Source of the DNA: Chrysomallon squamiferum
Taxonomy: Eukaryota; Animalia; Mollusca
DNA length: 64,000 nucleotides
Reading direction: 5' to 3'
Assembly: GCA_012295275.1 (NCBI GenBank)
Contig: CM022666.1
Location: 8,680,001 to 8,744,000 of the forward strand
Part shown: piece after piece, positions 30,566-45,617 of the stretch
Layout: every line of letters begins with the position of its first letter
Position numbering within the stretch: the first letter of the stretch is position 1
Program-made: the position numbers and the translations under genes
Notes under the pieces: generated by a model
The model's input: the letters and a program-made list of their open reading frames with translations, nothing else
What the model was told of the DNA's origin: nothing
The model's database searches: none

Positions 30566-31475
30566 TATAAACACACACACACACATAAACAAACAATCGA
30601 GCAACAAAAGGTCAGTAAGTCCGACAAATACAATGACATCATCAACAACATCAATAATAAATAAGTAAATAAATAAATAAATAAAATAAAATAACATAAA
30701 ATAAAATAAAACACAACCAAATTTAATTTTAGGTGATAACATTTCACAAAAGCAGACAGAATTGTTTCAAAACTGGGCTAAATCGTGGAAGAAAAAAGAG
30801 AAAAGAAGTAATTAAATAAAATAAATAATTAAATAAAATAAATAATTAACTCAACTGTTCTACCCGAGATAAATGGACAGCCGCATTTTAGTTTGAAAAA
30901 TTTCGGGTGGAAACATTTTATTAACGGACAATCAAACTCATTTTACCCGATTAAAAAAAGAAATAAAGAAAAAGAAAAAAGAAGGAAAAATGCAGACCTA
31001 AGAAAAGACCATGAAGAAATGCAATGGAAAAATACCATGTTTAATGAAAACTAAAAATAATAATAATAATTTTTTGAATAACTTGTCAAGAAAATTATTA
31101 AGTACACGAAAAAACAACAACAATACAGTGAACAGTGAAATGAAACGATCGGTGTACACATATAAATATTCTTTGACAGAATGTACAGGTGTTCGTATGT
31201 GTGTATATATTTATAATTGGGTTATGTATATGAATGTGTCTGTATATATGTATAGGTTTATGTTATTTTAGTTTATGCGTACGTGTGTATGCGTGGATAT
31301 GTATGTATATACGTTGTATGTATGTGTGTGTGAGTGTGTGTGTGTGTCTGTACGTATGTACGTATGTACGTATGTACGTATGTACGTATGTACGTATGTA
31401 TCTATGTCTGTATGTACACTTGTTTTTCTGATTTGTAGGATACCTGCACACAGGCTACAGCTATCAAGTGCGAAA

Positions 31476-31508
<33 letters not shown>

Positions 31509-31970
31509 ATGAAAAAAACGCCAACAATAACAACCACAACATTAACAACAATAAAAATAAAATAAAATAATAATATTAATAAATTTAAAAAATTAAAAAG
31601 AAAAAAAGAAAAACAACGCACATATAAATGTCATAAAACTACCGATATGAAAATTACACCAGGAATATATTTCTTTGACACAAAGAAGTAGAGTTTCGCT
31701 AGCACTCTGTTTTTTTCACGTTTGTGTCAAATGAGACGCGGGGCGGGGCAGGGACACATCACGTGACTCTCAGTCTCTCAGGACGAGGTTTTGTTGGGAA
31801 AGAAGGAGGGTTGGAGTGAGTAATGATTATGTGCAAAGTACGTGTCAACACCTCCCAACAACAACAACAACAACAAATAAAACAAATAAAAATATATTAA
31901 TAACAATCATGGTGGTCTTCCAATACGTCCCCACCCCTCACGAAACCTGCTATGTATCTGAACAGGATAT

Positions 31971-32027
31971 TCTGACACCCAGGAGCCGACATGGTTTTCG
32001 TGCTGGAGTGTCGTTAAACAGTCAATC
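31971..32027 (+). mobile_element. Possible SINE/LINE 3' tail fragment
   Basis: A stem-loop (GACACCCAG...CTGGAGTGTC) is followed by GTTAAAC and a short repeat-like tail. This resembles invertebrate SINE 3' ends, from recall rather than a database match. Confidence 0.35.
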
Positions 32028-32234
32028 ATTGAACATTTTTTAAGAAAAAAGGACTTTATGGGTGTAGGAATTTTAAAAAATATATCTTGTTGGTAGAGGT
32101 CTTGTGATGGTGGTAAGACAGTAGCTCTGCTACGGAATGTAATTATAATAATGATCATGATTTTCTTAATGCTAAGGTTTTGTTAACGCTAGAGAGAAAG
32201 TGAGGGAGAACTAGATAGATAAATAAATAGATAT

Positions 32235-32574
32235 GACAGATAGATAGAGAGATAGACTGAGAGATGGGGATACTGGGAGAGACAGATAGATAGAGAGATA
32301 GACTGAGAGATGGGGATACTGGGAGAAACAGATAGATAGAGAGATAGACTGAGAGATGGGGATACTGGAAGAGACAGATAGATATAGAGATAGACTGAGA
32401 GATGGGGATACTGGGAGAGACAGATAGATAGAGAGATAGACTGAGAGATGGGGATACTGGGAGAGACAGATAGATATAGAGATAGACTGAGAGATGGGGA
32501 TACTGGGAGAGACAGATAGATATAGAGATAGACTGAGAGATGGGGATACTGGGAGAGACAGATAGATATAGAGA
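32235..32574. repeat. Minisatellite, 46-bp unit, about 7.4 copies
   Basis: Unit GACAGATAGATAGAGAGATAGACTGAGAGATGGGGATACTGGGAGA; GACTGAG recurs at 32255, 32301, 32347, 32393, 32439, 32485 and 32531. Confidence 0.95.
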
Positions 32575-32657
32575 GAAAGAGAGAGACTCAGACGCAGATA
32601 AAGATACTCGGAGATATGGACAAGGAAGAATAAAAAGATAAAAGATAGAAAGACGAT

Positions 32658-32763
<106 letters not shown>

Positions 32764-35404
32764 CACAAAAAAATAAGTTACAAAGCATATTGACTTAAGC
32801 TGAATCACCAGTCTTAAATAAAAAACATCGAAAATATTACACATTTCTCCTAGAACTAAAAATATTTTTATTTTTTTTCTCTCCTTCCATAGAAGACAGA
32901 AAATTAAAAATTAAAAAAAGTCTTTGACCTTTCATTGATTTTTGTTTCAATGTCAGAGGCATTTGATCCCTGATTCCATCAAGTCATGATCCTTTTAACA
33001 CGACATTCAATAACGACATGCCGAAAGTGAAGTTGGACGGAAGTTGCGCGATTTATGTCCCCTGATGACCCGTGCAACACAAAACAATTGTAAAAGTCAA
33101 CAAGACATGAATTCACTGGCGCTCTCTGACATCACATCATTTAAACACTGTATTATGTGAATCGGTCGATTTTACTCCTTTTTTTATTTTAGCGGCAAAA
33201 ACGCAGATTCCGTCTGCAGATCGTGAAGAACCATCCCAAAGCCGAACCAGCCCCTCTCCCCGGGATGCCTGAACGAAGAGTTTTCAACAACAATGCAGCT
33301 ATTGTCATAAACCCAGTGGGTTATTTTATAATGAACGGATTTTAAACGCTTATTTTTTTATTTTTTTTATTTTTTTAGTGCTGCAGGGGTACTGTGTTTT
33401 TTTTAAGACAAAAAAGTATGAACAAAATGTCGCAAATTAATAGATTGTGGTCGTTATTTGGTTATCATGCTGATTTTGTTTTACGCTAACTCATACATTT
33501 AAATATGCATGAATAAGTAATATTTTGTTATGTATATTAATGAGATGCAAAGTTTATATCACATTGGGCGTTTTATTTCTCTGTTCATATGTACATGTGT
33601 TTGTTTATTTGGATATTTGTGGGAGAGAGAGAAAACGAGATTATACATAAGAATGAGAGAGATGAGAGAAGAAAAAAGGACAGAGTGAGAGAAAGAGAGG
33701 GGAGCAAGAAGAAAACAGAGATACAGTGGAAGAAAGAAAGAGAGAGAGAAAGACGGATTGAAAGAAAGAAATGAATGATATAATGAACATACCCTTCCAC
33801 CCCAAAACAAAGTTATCAAAGTTGGATACAGCCAGGTTATGAAGAATACTGAACTCAAATTCGACTTTTCGTACAGACATCTTTCAGTACTTAACTATCT
33901 CTGCATTTAAATAGTAATTTTTTTCTTTCTCTCAATCTATCTCTTTCTCGATACATTTGAAAGAACTTAAATTTCACCGATCATTTCCGAAAGATATAGA
34001 TACCTCTTGTATGACCTTTGACCCAGACGGCACAATGGCCGGGGATGAGAGTCGTACTTGGAAAACCATTCATTTTTGTAATTCATCAAATCATAGAAAG
34101 CATGAGGTCATTTGAAGTCGATCTCCATTGTCCGAGCGGAGACGGAAATCAGGGTTACGGGCCTTGGGGTGTAAATCTCTCGCACGAAAGGAGAGAAAAT
34201 CACGCCGAAGTTTTTCAGAACTCTGTGCGATGAATGGAGTCACGAATAATAACTCGGGCGTTGTGAAATGAAATGTCCAGAGATCGGGGTTTATGTCGTA
34301 ATATATTTCGCAGAGAAGAAAAGAAGAAGTGATAAATCAGAGGACGTGAGTGTGAACTTAATCCGTGAGTCCGTGAGTAACAGCTCTTCATCTCCTCCCG
34401 CCTCCATCGATGACGAACTGATAGAAAAATAAAAACAAATAAACACTTTCAAGTCACCAGTTCGAACAATTTTCCTCTTTAGATTATTATTATTATTTTC
34501 TTCTTTTTTTTCACTTTCTTTCTTCCTTTTTATTTTTATTTTTCCTTTTTTACAAATTCCTTTAAATATATTTTGGTAACGAACCTTTTCAGATCACAGT
34601 TCAATTGGTACGTAATTTCTTTTTATTCATTTTTTTTCTCAATTTTTTACCCCCTTTTCTTTCTTTTTCTTTTTCTTTTTTCTTTTTTTTTTCCTTTTGA
34701 GCTTTTAAATTAAAATTTAAATCGGATAAAAATTGACACCGATCAACATGTTCGTTTCTGTCATCCTGGGTTTTTTTTGGTTTTTTTTTTGTTTATTCGT
34801 TTGTTTGAAATTTTTTACATTAAAATTTAAATCACGTTTTGACTAAAACTGGTAGCTGTTAACTTGTATTACAAAAATAAAAAAGTAAATAACTGTTATT
34901 TATTTCTGTGTTTGTTCCTTCATTTGAATATATTCGTTTATAGTTATTTTATTTATTCAGTTTTTTTTTTATTTACTGACATACTGACTTATCGATTATT
35001 TATTTAATTAATAAGTTTTCTTTTCTTTTGGGTTTTTAATATATTTATTTACATATTTATTCTCTTATTTTTATTTATTTATTGATACATTTATTTTCCT
35101 GTTTGCTTATTTGTTTGCTTATTTATTTATTTATTTATTTATTATTTATTATTTATTTAGTTGTTTATTTGTTTATTTGTTTATTTATTTATTTATATAT
35201 TTATTTATTGTTTATTTATTTATTTATCTGCTTCGTTTTTAAACATGTTTATTTATGTTTATATCCATTTAATTATTTGTTTGTTTATTTATTTGTTAAT
35301 TATCATTATTTTAAATTATATTTACTGTGTAGCTCGAATCTCGGTAGAAGCTTCTGCAGTGTTAACTAGCCAGAAATGACGTCATCCCGCGCGCTTTTCT
35401 CTTT

Positions 35405-35720
35405 CACACTAACATTCTATCAGACTAACGTATTAACTTACTAACCCACTAACATTTAACTAACACAATAAGATTAATACCAACACAGAAACATTATTAA
35501 CACTAACATACTCACAGTCAAACACCAAAAAACTAAGGCTTTATTACTAACATTTCAACCCGCTAACATACTAATGTTCTTACACATTAACATTATAACA
35601 TTATGACACATTTACATAAGTTTTCATATTAAAACCACAACATACTGAAATACCAACAAACATAATATACGAGTACACTAATACTCTAACATAATAACAC
35701 ACTAACACGCTAACAGTCCT
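35405..35720. repeat. Degenerate short tandem repeat (CACTAACAT-like)
   Basis: Many CTAAC/ACTAACAT words in a G-poor tract. Confidence 0.55.
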
Positions 35721-35859
35721 AAAATGATAATCACTTTATTTATCACTTTTGCTTCGTCATAAATAAACTATTTTCTTTGATGTTTAATTAACATGTTTTC
35801 TTTCATTAGCATTTTATTACATCTCATTTCATTTATTTATTTATTTTAATTTTGTTTGT

Positions 35860-35904
<45 letters not shown>

Positions 35905-36825
35905 TATTATTTTATTTTTACAAAGACAGAGAAGAGAGAAGCGGGTGGGGTGGGGGGGTGCAGAGAGGTAAAAACAATCAGTTATTCAGTCGATACTGAC
36001 ATGTTTAACACATGGGACGTGTGGTGCGCATGCGTGGAACAGATACCTGGGCCATCATCAATCATTGCTACGTCAGTCAGCTTGGACGGATACATTTCGG
36101 TGGCAATGCTAACGTAATCTGAAACCGGTTTCACACCAAACTTTTTTTTCACCTTGAAATGTTCTTTCTGTTTACCTTTTTTCTTTTCTTTTTTTGGCAC
36201 TTACTTATTTATTTATTTACTTAAATTCCTTCCTTCTTTCTTTTCTATTTACTTACTTAAATTCTTATTGATTTATATTCCTTCTTTCTCTTATTTTCTC
36301 CTTCCTGCTCTCATTCTTTAATACTTTCTTTGTTTCATTTGTGTTTGTTTTTATCGGTTAAACCCAGTTATGTAGAACGACAGTTTTTCTCGGTGTGTCA
36401 GTATGAGTGTTTCCCGTTCTAAACACTGCCTCACAACAGTTTTATCAACAATAACATCAACCACAAGAAGAAGAAGAAGAAGAAGAACGAGAAAGTTTGT
36501 GTGTTTGTGCGTGTATGTGAAATTAAAAACATTTTTATTTGTTTCATTACTTATTTACTTACTTATCTTCGTTGTCATCAACATTACATCATTACTACAA
36601 CCACTGCTGCAGCTATTATTGTAATCATTATCATCATTATCATTATATTACTACTACTACTAAGGGTGTTATTTGTCATATTTTGAACATTAAGAATCAA
36701 GATATTTTATGAATCTAAATCTTTAAATAATATGACTAACATCATAGTATCAAGATTTTTTATTTCTAATTCCAAAGAAAATGATTTTGCGAAGATAACG
36801 AAGGAAAAAAAAAAAAAAAAAAAAA

Positions 36826-36878
<53 letters not shown>

Positions 36879-37096
36879 AAGTAAATATCTAGAAATTATT
36901 ATAACGACATCCTGTATGTATTTCTAAATGGAAAGAGTTTTAAAAAAGAAAAAAAAAGTTTAAATTAAAAGATTAACAAACCATACCCAAAAGTATTGAA
37001 AAGAGAAAAATGAAAACAATTTATTAATAACCCCAAGAATAATTTGTCGTCAGTGGGTCGGAACCAACATGCTAATTTCACTGCAGCACGACAGAG

Positions 37097-37110
37097 GCGC
37101 CCCCTGGCGG
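37097..37110 (-). promoter_or_regulatory. CTCF-like binding site
   Basis: The minus strand reads CCGCCAGGGGGCGC, essentially the CTCF core consensus, isolated in AT-rich DNA. Confidence 0.55.
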
Positions 37111-37324
37111 TCTTTTCAGTTCGTCCGTGCGATTTCGTGTTTATTTTGCTATTTCACATTAAGAAACACTGGTGATGTGGAAATCACTTTCTCTGACTGT
37201 GACAGCGAGTCACAATAGCCGCCATTGTTCCTTTCTCTTACGCCTCGTTACAACATGCATCTTCTTGCCGAAACATGATTTAGCTCTTTCTGTTTGTCTG
37301 CCTGTCTTTGTATTTGTCTATCTG

Positions 37325-37421
<97 letters not shown>

Positions 37422-37521
37422 TTCCTTTCTTCTCTCACTGAATTTTCTTTTATTCTTTTTACTCTCTCTATTATCTGTCTGCGTCTCTCTCTCTCTCTCT
37501 ATCTATCTATCTCTCTCTTTC

Positions 37522-37639
<118 letters not shown>

Positions 37640-37977
37640 GTCTTTTCCACTTCAATCTCACACTTTCTCTTTCTGTCTGTTTTTTTATTTTTTATTATTA
37701 CTCTGTTATTAAACAAAAAACAAAACAAAAATGTAAAAAAAAATCCAAAAACGTATATGACACATTAACAACAGTTAATATGGTAAAACTTCGTTGTTAA
37801 TCGTGTAATAAATTCACTAATTTATTCATTCGATAAACAGCTAGTGTTTAATAATACATATCTGAGCATGTGCGTAAGTAATAACCGGTATATCTTACCT
37901 TGGAGTGTTTTGATTTCATAATCTCTGTGCGTTTGTTCCTATGCTTATTTTTTTGCCATCTGAAATGTATAATGAAT

Positions 37978-38024
<47 letters not shown>

Positions 38025-38519
38025 TATTTATTTGTTTATTTACGCAATAAAATGTTTAGAATATAGGAAATGTGGAGGCATACATTAGTATACATTTACA
38101 TACATTAAAACACACATATACATAAACATTTTTTATTTATTTATTTCTTAAATGATTTCGTATCATCAAAACCCTTAAAATAGTAATTTATAAATCTTCC
38201 TCTTCAGTGACCTCTGTCTGCTATTTCCCGTTCTGGCTAAGTTGTCACAAGGGCGATAACTACAACAATTCAGCTGGACCAAAACCTGAGAGAAGGAGAA
38301 GGAGGTTGGGAGAAGGAGTTAATAATAAGGACTGAAAAAAAAAAAAAAGGAAGAAGAAGAAGAAAAAGAAAATAACAAAACAGTAATTAAAGAATTCTAA
38401 ACAAGGGGGGACAACTTCGTAGACAGTTTTTTTAACCTTAATTGCTAAAGGTAGCTCTCTACCTCTTCACTCCCACCACCTCCACATCAACCCCCTCGCC
38501 TGGAACTGTTTTAGTATAT

Positions 38520-39080
38520 GAACTTGTCTCTTCATGCCTCGTGGGCACGTCCATATTCGTGACGGGGGGTTGTAATCTCGAAACGCCACGAAGCAGAGAG
38601 ACGGCTCAGGTTTCTCTCCACCTTGAACCGTGCTGGCCCAGAATCCGCCAACTAACGAGCGCTTGTCTCCAACAGGTAAGGCAAATGACGTTACGGCTTG
38701 CGATTGTCAATCCAGATATGCCACGAAAACTTGGCACCACTTTACGCCCGCATCCAGTTGTCTCCCCTCGCTGTCTGTCGAGGCCACGCCGAGCGCTGCA
38801 CTGCGAAGCCTCGACATCGAGTCGCGTCGTTCAGGCAGAAACTTGGTGTTCTGTCAAGCGAAAACGGCATCTGTAATTGTACACTGGGAAAAACTAAATA
38901 ATCCGACGTTAACTCTAGAAAAGTAACGTGACACGGGCAACTATAAAGCGCAGGCAACCCTGGGGTAGACCGTCCTTTGTTCCCGTATCAACGGGATCTT
39001 TTTCCTGCCCAGGATATCGTCGTAAATTGTTCCCTTGGCAATGAAACAAATTAGCTATGTCCGTGCCTCGTAGAACACTG
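38520..39080. promoter_or_regulatory. CpG-rich unique block, candidate enhancer or non-coding exon
   Basis: GC/CpG-rich island with X-box-like GTTCCCTTGGCAAT (39029-39042), Sox-like CCTTTGTT (~38974) and a splice-like ACTAAC...AACAG|GTAAGG at 38651-38681. Confidence 0.35.
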
Positions 39081-39389
39081 GTTTGTTTAACTCAGATAGC
39101 CAGGTAATATATATATTTTTATGTATCTCACGCGTCACCCCCCCCCCAGTACGCCATCCCGTCTCCCAGCTACACCATCCTTTCCTCCACTACATTATCC
39201 CTCCACCCTCCACCTATAGCAGCCTGTGTATGTCGAGATTGGATTTCGTTGTTTCAGGTTTTCTTAATACCTTTTTCGTTGTTTTTTATTTTTTTTATTT
39301 TTTTTTGTTTTGTTGTTTTTTTTACTCACATTTTATAAGTATTCAAAAGTATTCTCAGTATATAATAACTTTTGTAATCTTTTTATGTG

Positions 39390-39452
<63 letters not shown>

Positions 39453-39636
39453 GTATGTACTGAACGTGTATTTGTATGTGTGTGTGAGTGTGTATGCATG
39501 CACATGTACGGATAGATACTTAGCAACAATTGTATAAAATATTTAAATAGAGGTATACTTATAAGCAGACAATTATATGGTGAAAATTCCATAATCTTTT
39601 CAATATAATATTTAAATTGTTGGGGTTTTTGAAAAC

Positions 39637-39682
<46 letters not shown>

Positions 39683-40436
39683 TTTTATCTGTCTGGATCC
39701 GTGTTACCTCAAATTCTGATTTTATAAAAAAACAAAATAGTACTTATATTTTTATTGTTCTAATTTCCACACAAAAATTAATTCAGACTCAGCTACAGGC
39801 ACGTAATACAAACACATCAATAAAACTGCGTGCAGAATTTACACACACACACACACACACAAAGACATACATACATAATGTCTCTCTTACTCATACATAC
39901 ACTCACACACACATGCAAACACATCCTCACAGCCACAGACACATACTACCATGCACACACGTCATCATACACAGAAAAAACGCAACGACACACACACGTC
40001 TATAGAAATAGACACAAGTACACTCATCCACACAAACACAGACATATACACACACATACCATACACAGACACCCACAAACTAATACACACACGCAACCAC
40101 AACAATACACACAAATACATTTTTTTACACACACACACTCACACACACACACACACATACACACATACCGCATCCACCCATACTCATTCACCCACCATCC
40201 ACGCTATAAAAACCTACACTGATTCGTCACCTCTGGGGGTGTGTACGTGAAGAGGAAAATTAAACTCGTTAATGACACCCTGCCATCTATTTCATCTGCA
40301 ACTTGAAACCAGTGGGAAATTTACTTGGAAACACACGTAAGACTAGAACGCTATAAAACAATAAAAGGTGCAGTAAATAAACATTTCAGTGTAATATCGA
40401 TTTCTCTCCCTTCACGTTGTAGTGGCAGTGTCACGT

Positions 40437-40516
<80 letters not shown>

Positions 40517-40641
40517 GCGTAGATTTGTAGGGTTATTGTTGTTTTAAAGTGACGTGCTGTGTAACATGTATGTATGTATGTATATCTGTGTGTGTATATT
40601 TCTGTATGCCTAGGTAGACAGATATTGTGTGTATGTATGTA

Positions 40642-40689
<48 letters not shown>

Positions 40690-41601
40690 TGTATGTATGA
40701 ATGTTTATGTTTTCAATACAGACATAATTAATAAATAAGTAAGTAAGTAAATAAATAAATAAATAAATAATATGAATAAAAATCAAATAAAAAATAAAAA
40801 CATTATGCAAACACTATAATCGGCTTCCTTTACTACAATCAGAGGCTGATGAGAAATATTGATAATGTTCAACAAATTAATATGACTCGTGATGTTTGCT
40901 CATCGTTACATTCCGTAATCCGTCGGTAAACATCGGCTTCGTTTGTTTCCGCGATACAGAACTTCCGCCGTCCGTAATGGAATTTACTATGTCCATTGTC
41001 TTGGTTTTATCCGATCATCCAATTTTTGTATGACCGATGATAAAAACGCACTGGTGCGTGGAAACGACACTATCTGGAGAACATCAAAGTAACCAGTTGA
41101 ATTTTCGCTTTAACTCTAGAACAATTGTCGATTTCGGAAATAGATTACTTATACATCGCGCCTCGAGCCAAGTGAGATATTTGCAAATTGTTTTTCATTG
41201 CTTGAAGAAATAACACAGACAGGTAACTTTAACTAACAAGTGGACAAAAAAAAAAAAAAAAAATGAGGGCAAGAATATATTATATACACTTTGTTGGTCT
41301 TCAGTGGTTGCTGATGTGAAAAAGGAGAAACGAGAGAAAAGATAGGTTTACATTACTTTGCTCAGTTTCTATTGAAATCGACAAGGTATGTATTTCAATG
41401 CGATGTGTTTACAATGGTCGATTGAAACGTAGTGGCTGTGTGAAGACGACAATTACAAGGATGGAGGATTTGTGGAAATAATGGTGCGGACGAAATCGAG
41501 CAATAGAAAGCAAATGCGATAAGTCAGTTTATGACGTGACTTACGTTTTACCTGGACTGTTTAATGTTTGTGAACTGAATGAAGTGTAACAGTGAGAGAG
41601 T

Positions 41602-41649
<48 letters not shown>

Positions 41650-42350
41650 AAAAGACGGTCAGAGATAAGGTGAATTATGATGTACAGAAAGATAGAGACA
41701 TTATTAATAGATTGAGTCAGAAATCAAGATGAGAAAGAAAAACAAATGAAAAGAGGGGATCTAGAACATATTATAAATGTATAATACCAAACATTCAGTA
41801 TAGCCTCCAACCACGATACCTGTATACTCCACCACAATAAAAGAAAAGTAGAAAAAAACTAATAATACGACGCTGTTAATATACAAGTAATATTACGGTA
41901 ACATTATGGACAAGTGGGATGACGTAAACAGTTATTACGTCACAGTCGCTCATTAGTTACTTGTACGTAACGGCGAGAATTACGTGGAAAGTGAAGAACC
42001 GAGTAAATTACTTAATTGGAAAGTAATCACCATGTTGCAGACGTCGTGGTGTTGTAGTGTAACGTCATCTACAACCGTGACACGGACATCCTTTTAAAAC
42101 AGAAATTATTTTGTTTTCGATTATTACGAATTCGCTTGTTTTGGAATAACAAAGCGTCAGCAGAGGTCAGTGACCCCCACCCACCCTCCCTTTTCACTAA
42201 ATCAAAGTATTTGTGAATTTAAGTACAGGAACAGCAATAATTCTTCACGAAACAAATATTTCTGTAAATTAACTCAAACGCATACAGAGAGAGAAAAAAA
42301 CAACTGTAAATAAGTGCATAATAGCTAATAAACAAAAGAAATAATAGGCC

Positions 42351-42419
<69 letters not shown>

Positions 42420-42559
42420 GAAGAAGAAGAAGAAGAAGAAATCTATAACTACAGCATCAACAGCTACTACGGTGACAACAACAATTAGAAAATAATTCAG
42501 AAAACTGTATTTGTGGTTTTATCTAGCAGAAACATACACATCCTTGCAGATAATTAAAA

Positions 42560-42800
42560 AGCGTTTATCATTGACCTCATTACGTGCCAGTGTCATTTGG
42601 TTGACGCATTTACTTACTTACCACAGACCGCGCCCGAGCGTGTGACGTCACAGAAACAGTTCTTAAAATAGCAACAGCCCGCCTTCTCACGTACGCCGTT
42701 CACGTTTCCCTGTCACGTGACCAGAGACAGATGTCCGTGCAGATTCGCGCGGTTTCTATTTATAACGTGGAGTTTATAACGTAAATATTTTGTCAGCGCT
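42560..42800. promoter_or_regulatory. Motif-dense block (CRE, CSL site, E-box)
   Basis: TGTGACGTCACA (42641-42652), TTCTCACG (42684-42691) and GTCACGTGAC (42712-42721) lie within about 80 bp. Confidence 0.45.
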
Positions 42801-43087
42801 CGTGTTGTGTTAAGGTATTTTAAGTCTGGTTCTGTTACTAAGGGCTATAAAAATAAATCAATCAGTCAGCCAGTTAATAATAATGAAAACAACAACAACA
42901 AAAGCAACAACAACAGCAACAATAACAACAACAACAATAATAATAATAATAATATAATAATAATAAATAAATAAATAATGCAATTATAAAACGAATGAAA
43001 ATAGAAAAGATACATCTTGTAAATTCTGATAAACCGCTTTAGTACTTACACAGGTATAGAACGGGAAATAATACAACTGGTACACTA

Positions 43088-43145
43088 TGTAGGATTGATC
43101 CTAGGATCCACCGCTTGATAGACCAGAGTTAAAGCACTGGTTTAT
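43088..43145 (-). mobile_element. Degenerate tRNA-derived SINE head
   Basis: The minus strand reads TAAACCAGTGCT...CTAGGATCAATCC, which resembles decayed Pol III A-box and B-box elements at tRNA-like spacing. Confidence 0.3.
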
Positions 43146-43783
43146 CACTCACAATTACACCGTCTGTACGAACCTTTATTAATTTAAACTTACTCGCTTC
43201 TAAGTACAAAAAAAAAGCTTCAGGTAATTCAGATATTTTCTGAGATTAATGTTTTATGTTAGTTAACTAAAAATTCTTGACCCACTACTGCATTAATAAA
43301 TAAATAAATAATGTCTGTATGCATTTATTTATGTTGTAGGTATGGATATGTATGTGTATGTATGTATGTATGTATGTATGTATGTATGTATGTATGTATG
43401 TATGTATGTATGTATGTATATATATTTAGGTTCGGCCATAATGTTTCTGTAGGTGCGCGTGTGTGTATGTGTATCTATCTATATGTACTATCAATAATTA
43501 TGGTATTTTTGTTTACGTATAAGAAAAAAATAAGAACCCATACCCCTGAAAAATCAGATAATTTAAATTTATCTTTCTTTTATCATAGTGTCATTAAGTC
43601 TCTGACAGTGTTATTATTTTGTACTACATACCACTCTGTCAATAAATCATACATTCAAGTCACTCTGCTAAATACTTTATAATGTAACCAGTTACATACA
43701 CAACTGTGTGTGTGTGTGCGTCTAACACATATGTACACGTTTATTTATATATATTAAAAAGTAATATAAATATTTAAATAAAT

Positions 43784-43843
<60 letters not shown>

Positions 43844-43924
43844 TGAAGTATGTATGCATGTGTGTATGTATATGTTTGTGTATGTATGGTTTATTTATGT
43901 ATGGTGTATATGTGTGTATGAACG

Positions 43925-43988
<64 letters not shown>

Positions 43989-44809
43989 AAGACATGTGTT
44001 TGTAGGTACACACAGTCGTACGATGCATGTATGTGTATATATGTACGTCTGTACGTATACATTTATATACACGTAAGTAAGTATTATAATATCTTAGTAG
44101 GTAAACAAAAACGAGTTCCCACCCTCTTCAGACATGCATAATAATTTTAGCGAGGTTTGTTTTTCTGCGTCGTGCCTGTTTTCTCATCCTTGTCCTCTCT
44201 AAGTCATTAGTATCGGGTGACTCACCGCCAGGTAGACTTAATACCCTTAAAATAATGTTCCCCGAGTCTTAATGTCCGATACACTTTATAGCGGGGTACA
44301 CTGACTCGCGAGAATGTCTGTATACACATCCGAATAAAAATATACGTGTTAGGCCACGCTTTGTCAGTAGTGCGAACAGAATATCGTGGAGTAAAATAAT
44401 ATGTGAAGTAAAATATTGATGACAGCGGAGTCCACGTCTGCAGTGACAACAACAACAACAGCAGCAGCTGCAATGTACCCAGGCAGCTGCAGTTTAATGT
44501 GATGGAGAAGAATTTTTATGTCAGCGAGCGAGCGACGTGTGAACTGATGCTGATGACGTCAGAGGTGTGAACTGCGTAATTTAAGTAGTGAATAAGTAGT
44601 AGAGTAGTAGTAGTACTAGTAGTAGTAGCAGCGGCAGAGGTCGTAGTTATAGTAGATGTAGTAGTAGTAGCAGGAGTTACAGACATATATGCATAAACAT
44701 AAACAGCCATCCGTACATTGACACCTATACATGGAGAAAACAAAGGAAATAAATAATAATATTAAAAAGTAATAAATAAATATTTAAATAAATAAGTAAA
44801 TAAATAAAT

Positions 44810-44878
<69 letters not shown>

Positions 44879-45533
44879 TTTAAAGAACGTAGTGGGGGGG
44901 AAAAAAGATAAAAAATATGAATTTAAAACTCAGATAAACGTTTCATTTTCAAACACCCTCAACGTCGTCACTGGCCATCAAATGTGACCTTTGTAAAATA
45001 TTCTAGCGACACACGAGACCCACAGCCAGCTGAAGAAAACAAAAACAAGTTTGTATGACAAAGAGATCGCTTAATTAGAACTGCTGGAAGAAGATGCAAC
45101 TCCCCAGGGCGAAGAAAATGAGCTTTTGGCCTGTTGGATCGCGTTTATTACAGACCCCGCTGCTTCGACAAGTAAATACCCTTATTTATGGCCTCTCTCT
45201 GCGTATGGCGAAGTAAGAAGATTGTAAATATATGTAAAGGATAAGGGCGGAGGTATTTGTTTAACATGTAAAGGTAATTTTTCCAATACATTCTTCCAGT
45301 GTCTGGTATGGGTGGAAATTTACGTAATAATTGAGGTTTTAAAAACAGATGTGTTTGTTGTTGTTTTTTGTTATTTGTATATAGTTGTCTGCTGCTGTGA
45401 AGTAATAAGTATGACATTAAAAGTAGTGTTTGTGTTTGTGAGAAGTTTAGATAGTAACTGTGGCTTTAAAGTACGTAAACTCACAACAGAAAAATAGTCA
45501 TGTAAACAAAGAAGTAAACGCATGTAAACGCAT

Positions 45534-45617
<84 letters not shown>

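Noticed and set aside
32235-32574. Regular 46-bp repeat as a CRISPR array
   Set aside because: The units are contiguous with no unique spacers, there are no cas genes, and the context is eukaryotic.
38442-38957. Overlapping ORFs of 67-144 aa in a GC-rich block
   Set aside because: Open frames on both strands reflect GC content; there is no recognisable domain and most starts are non-ATG.
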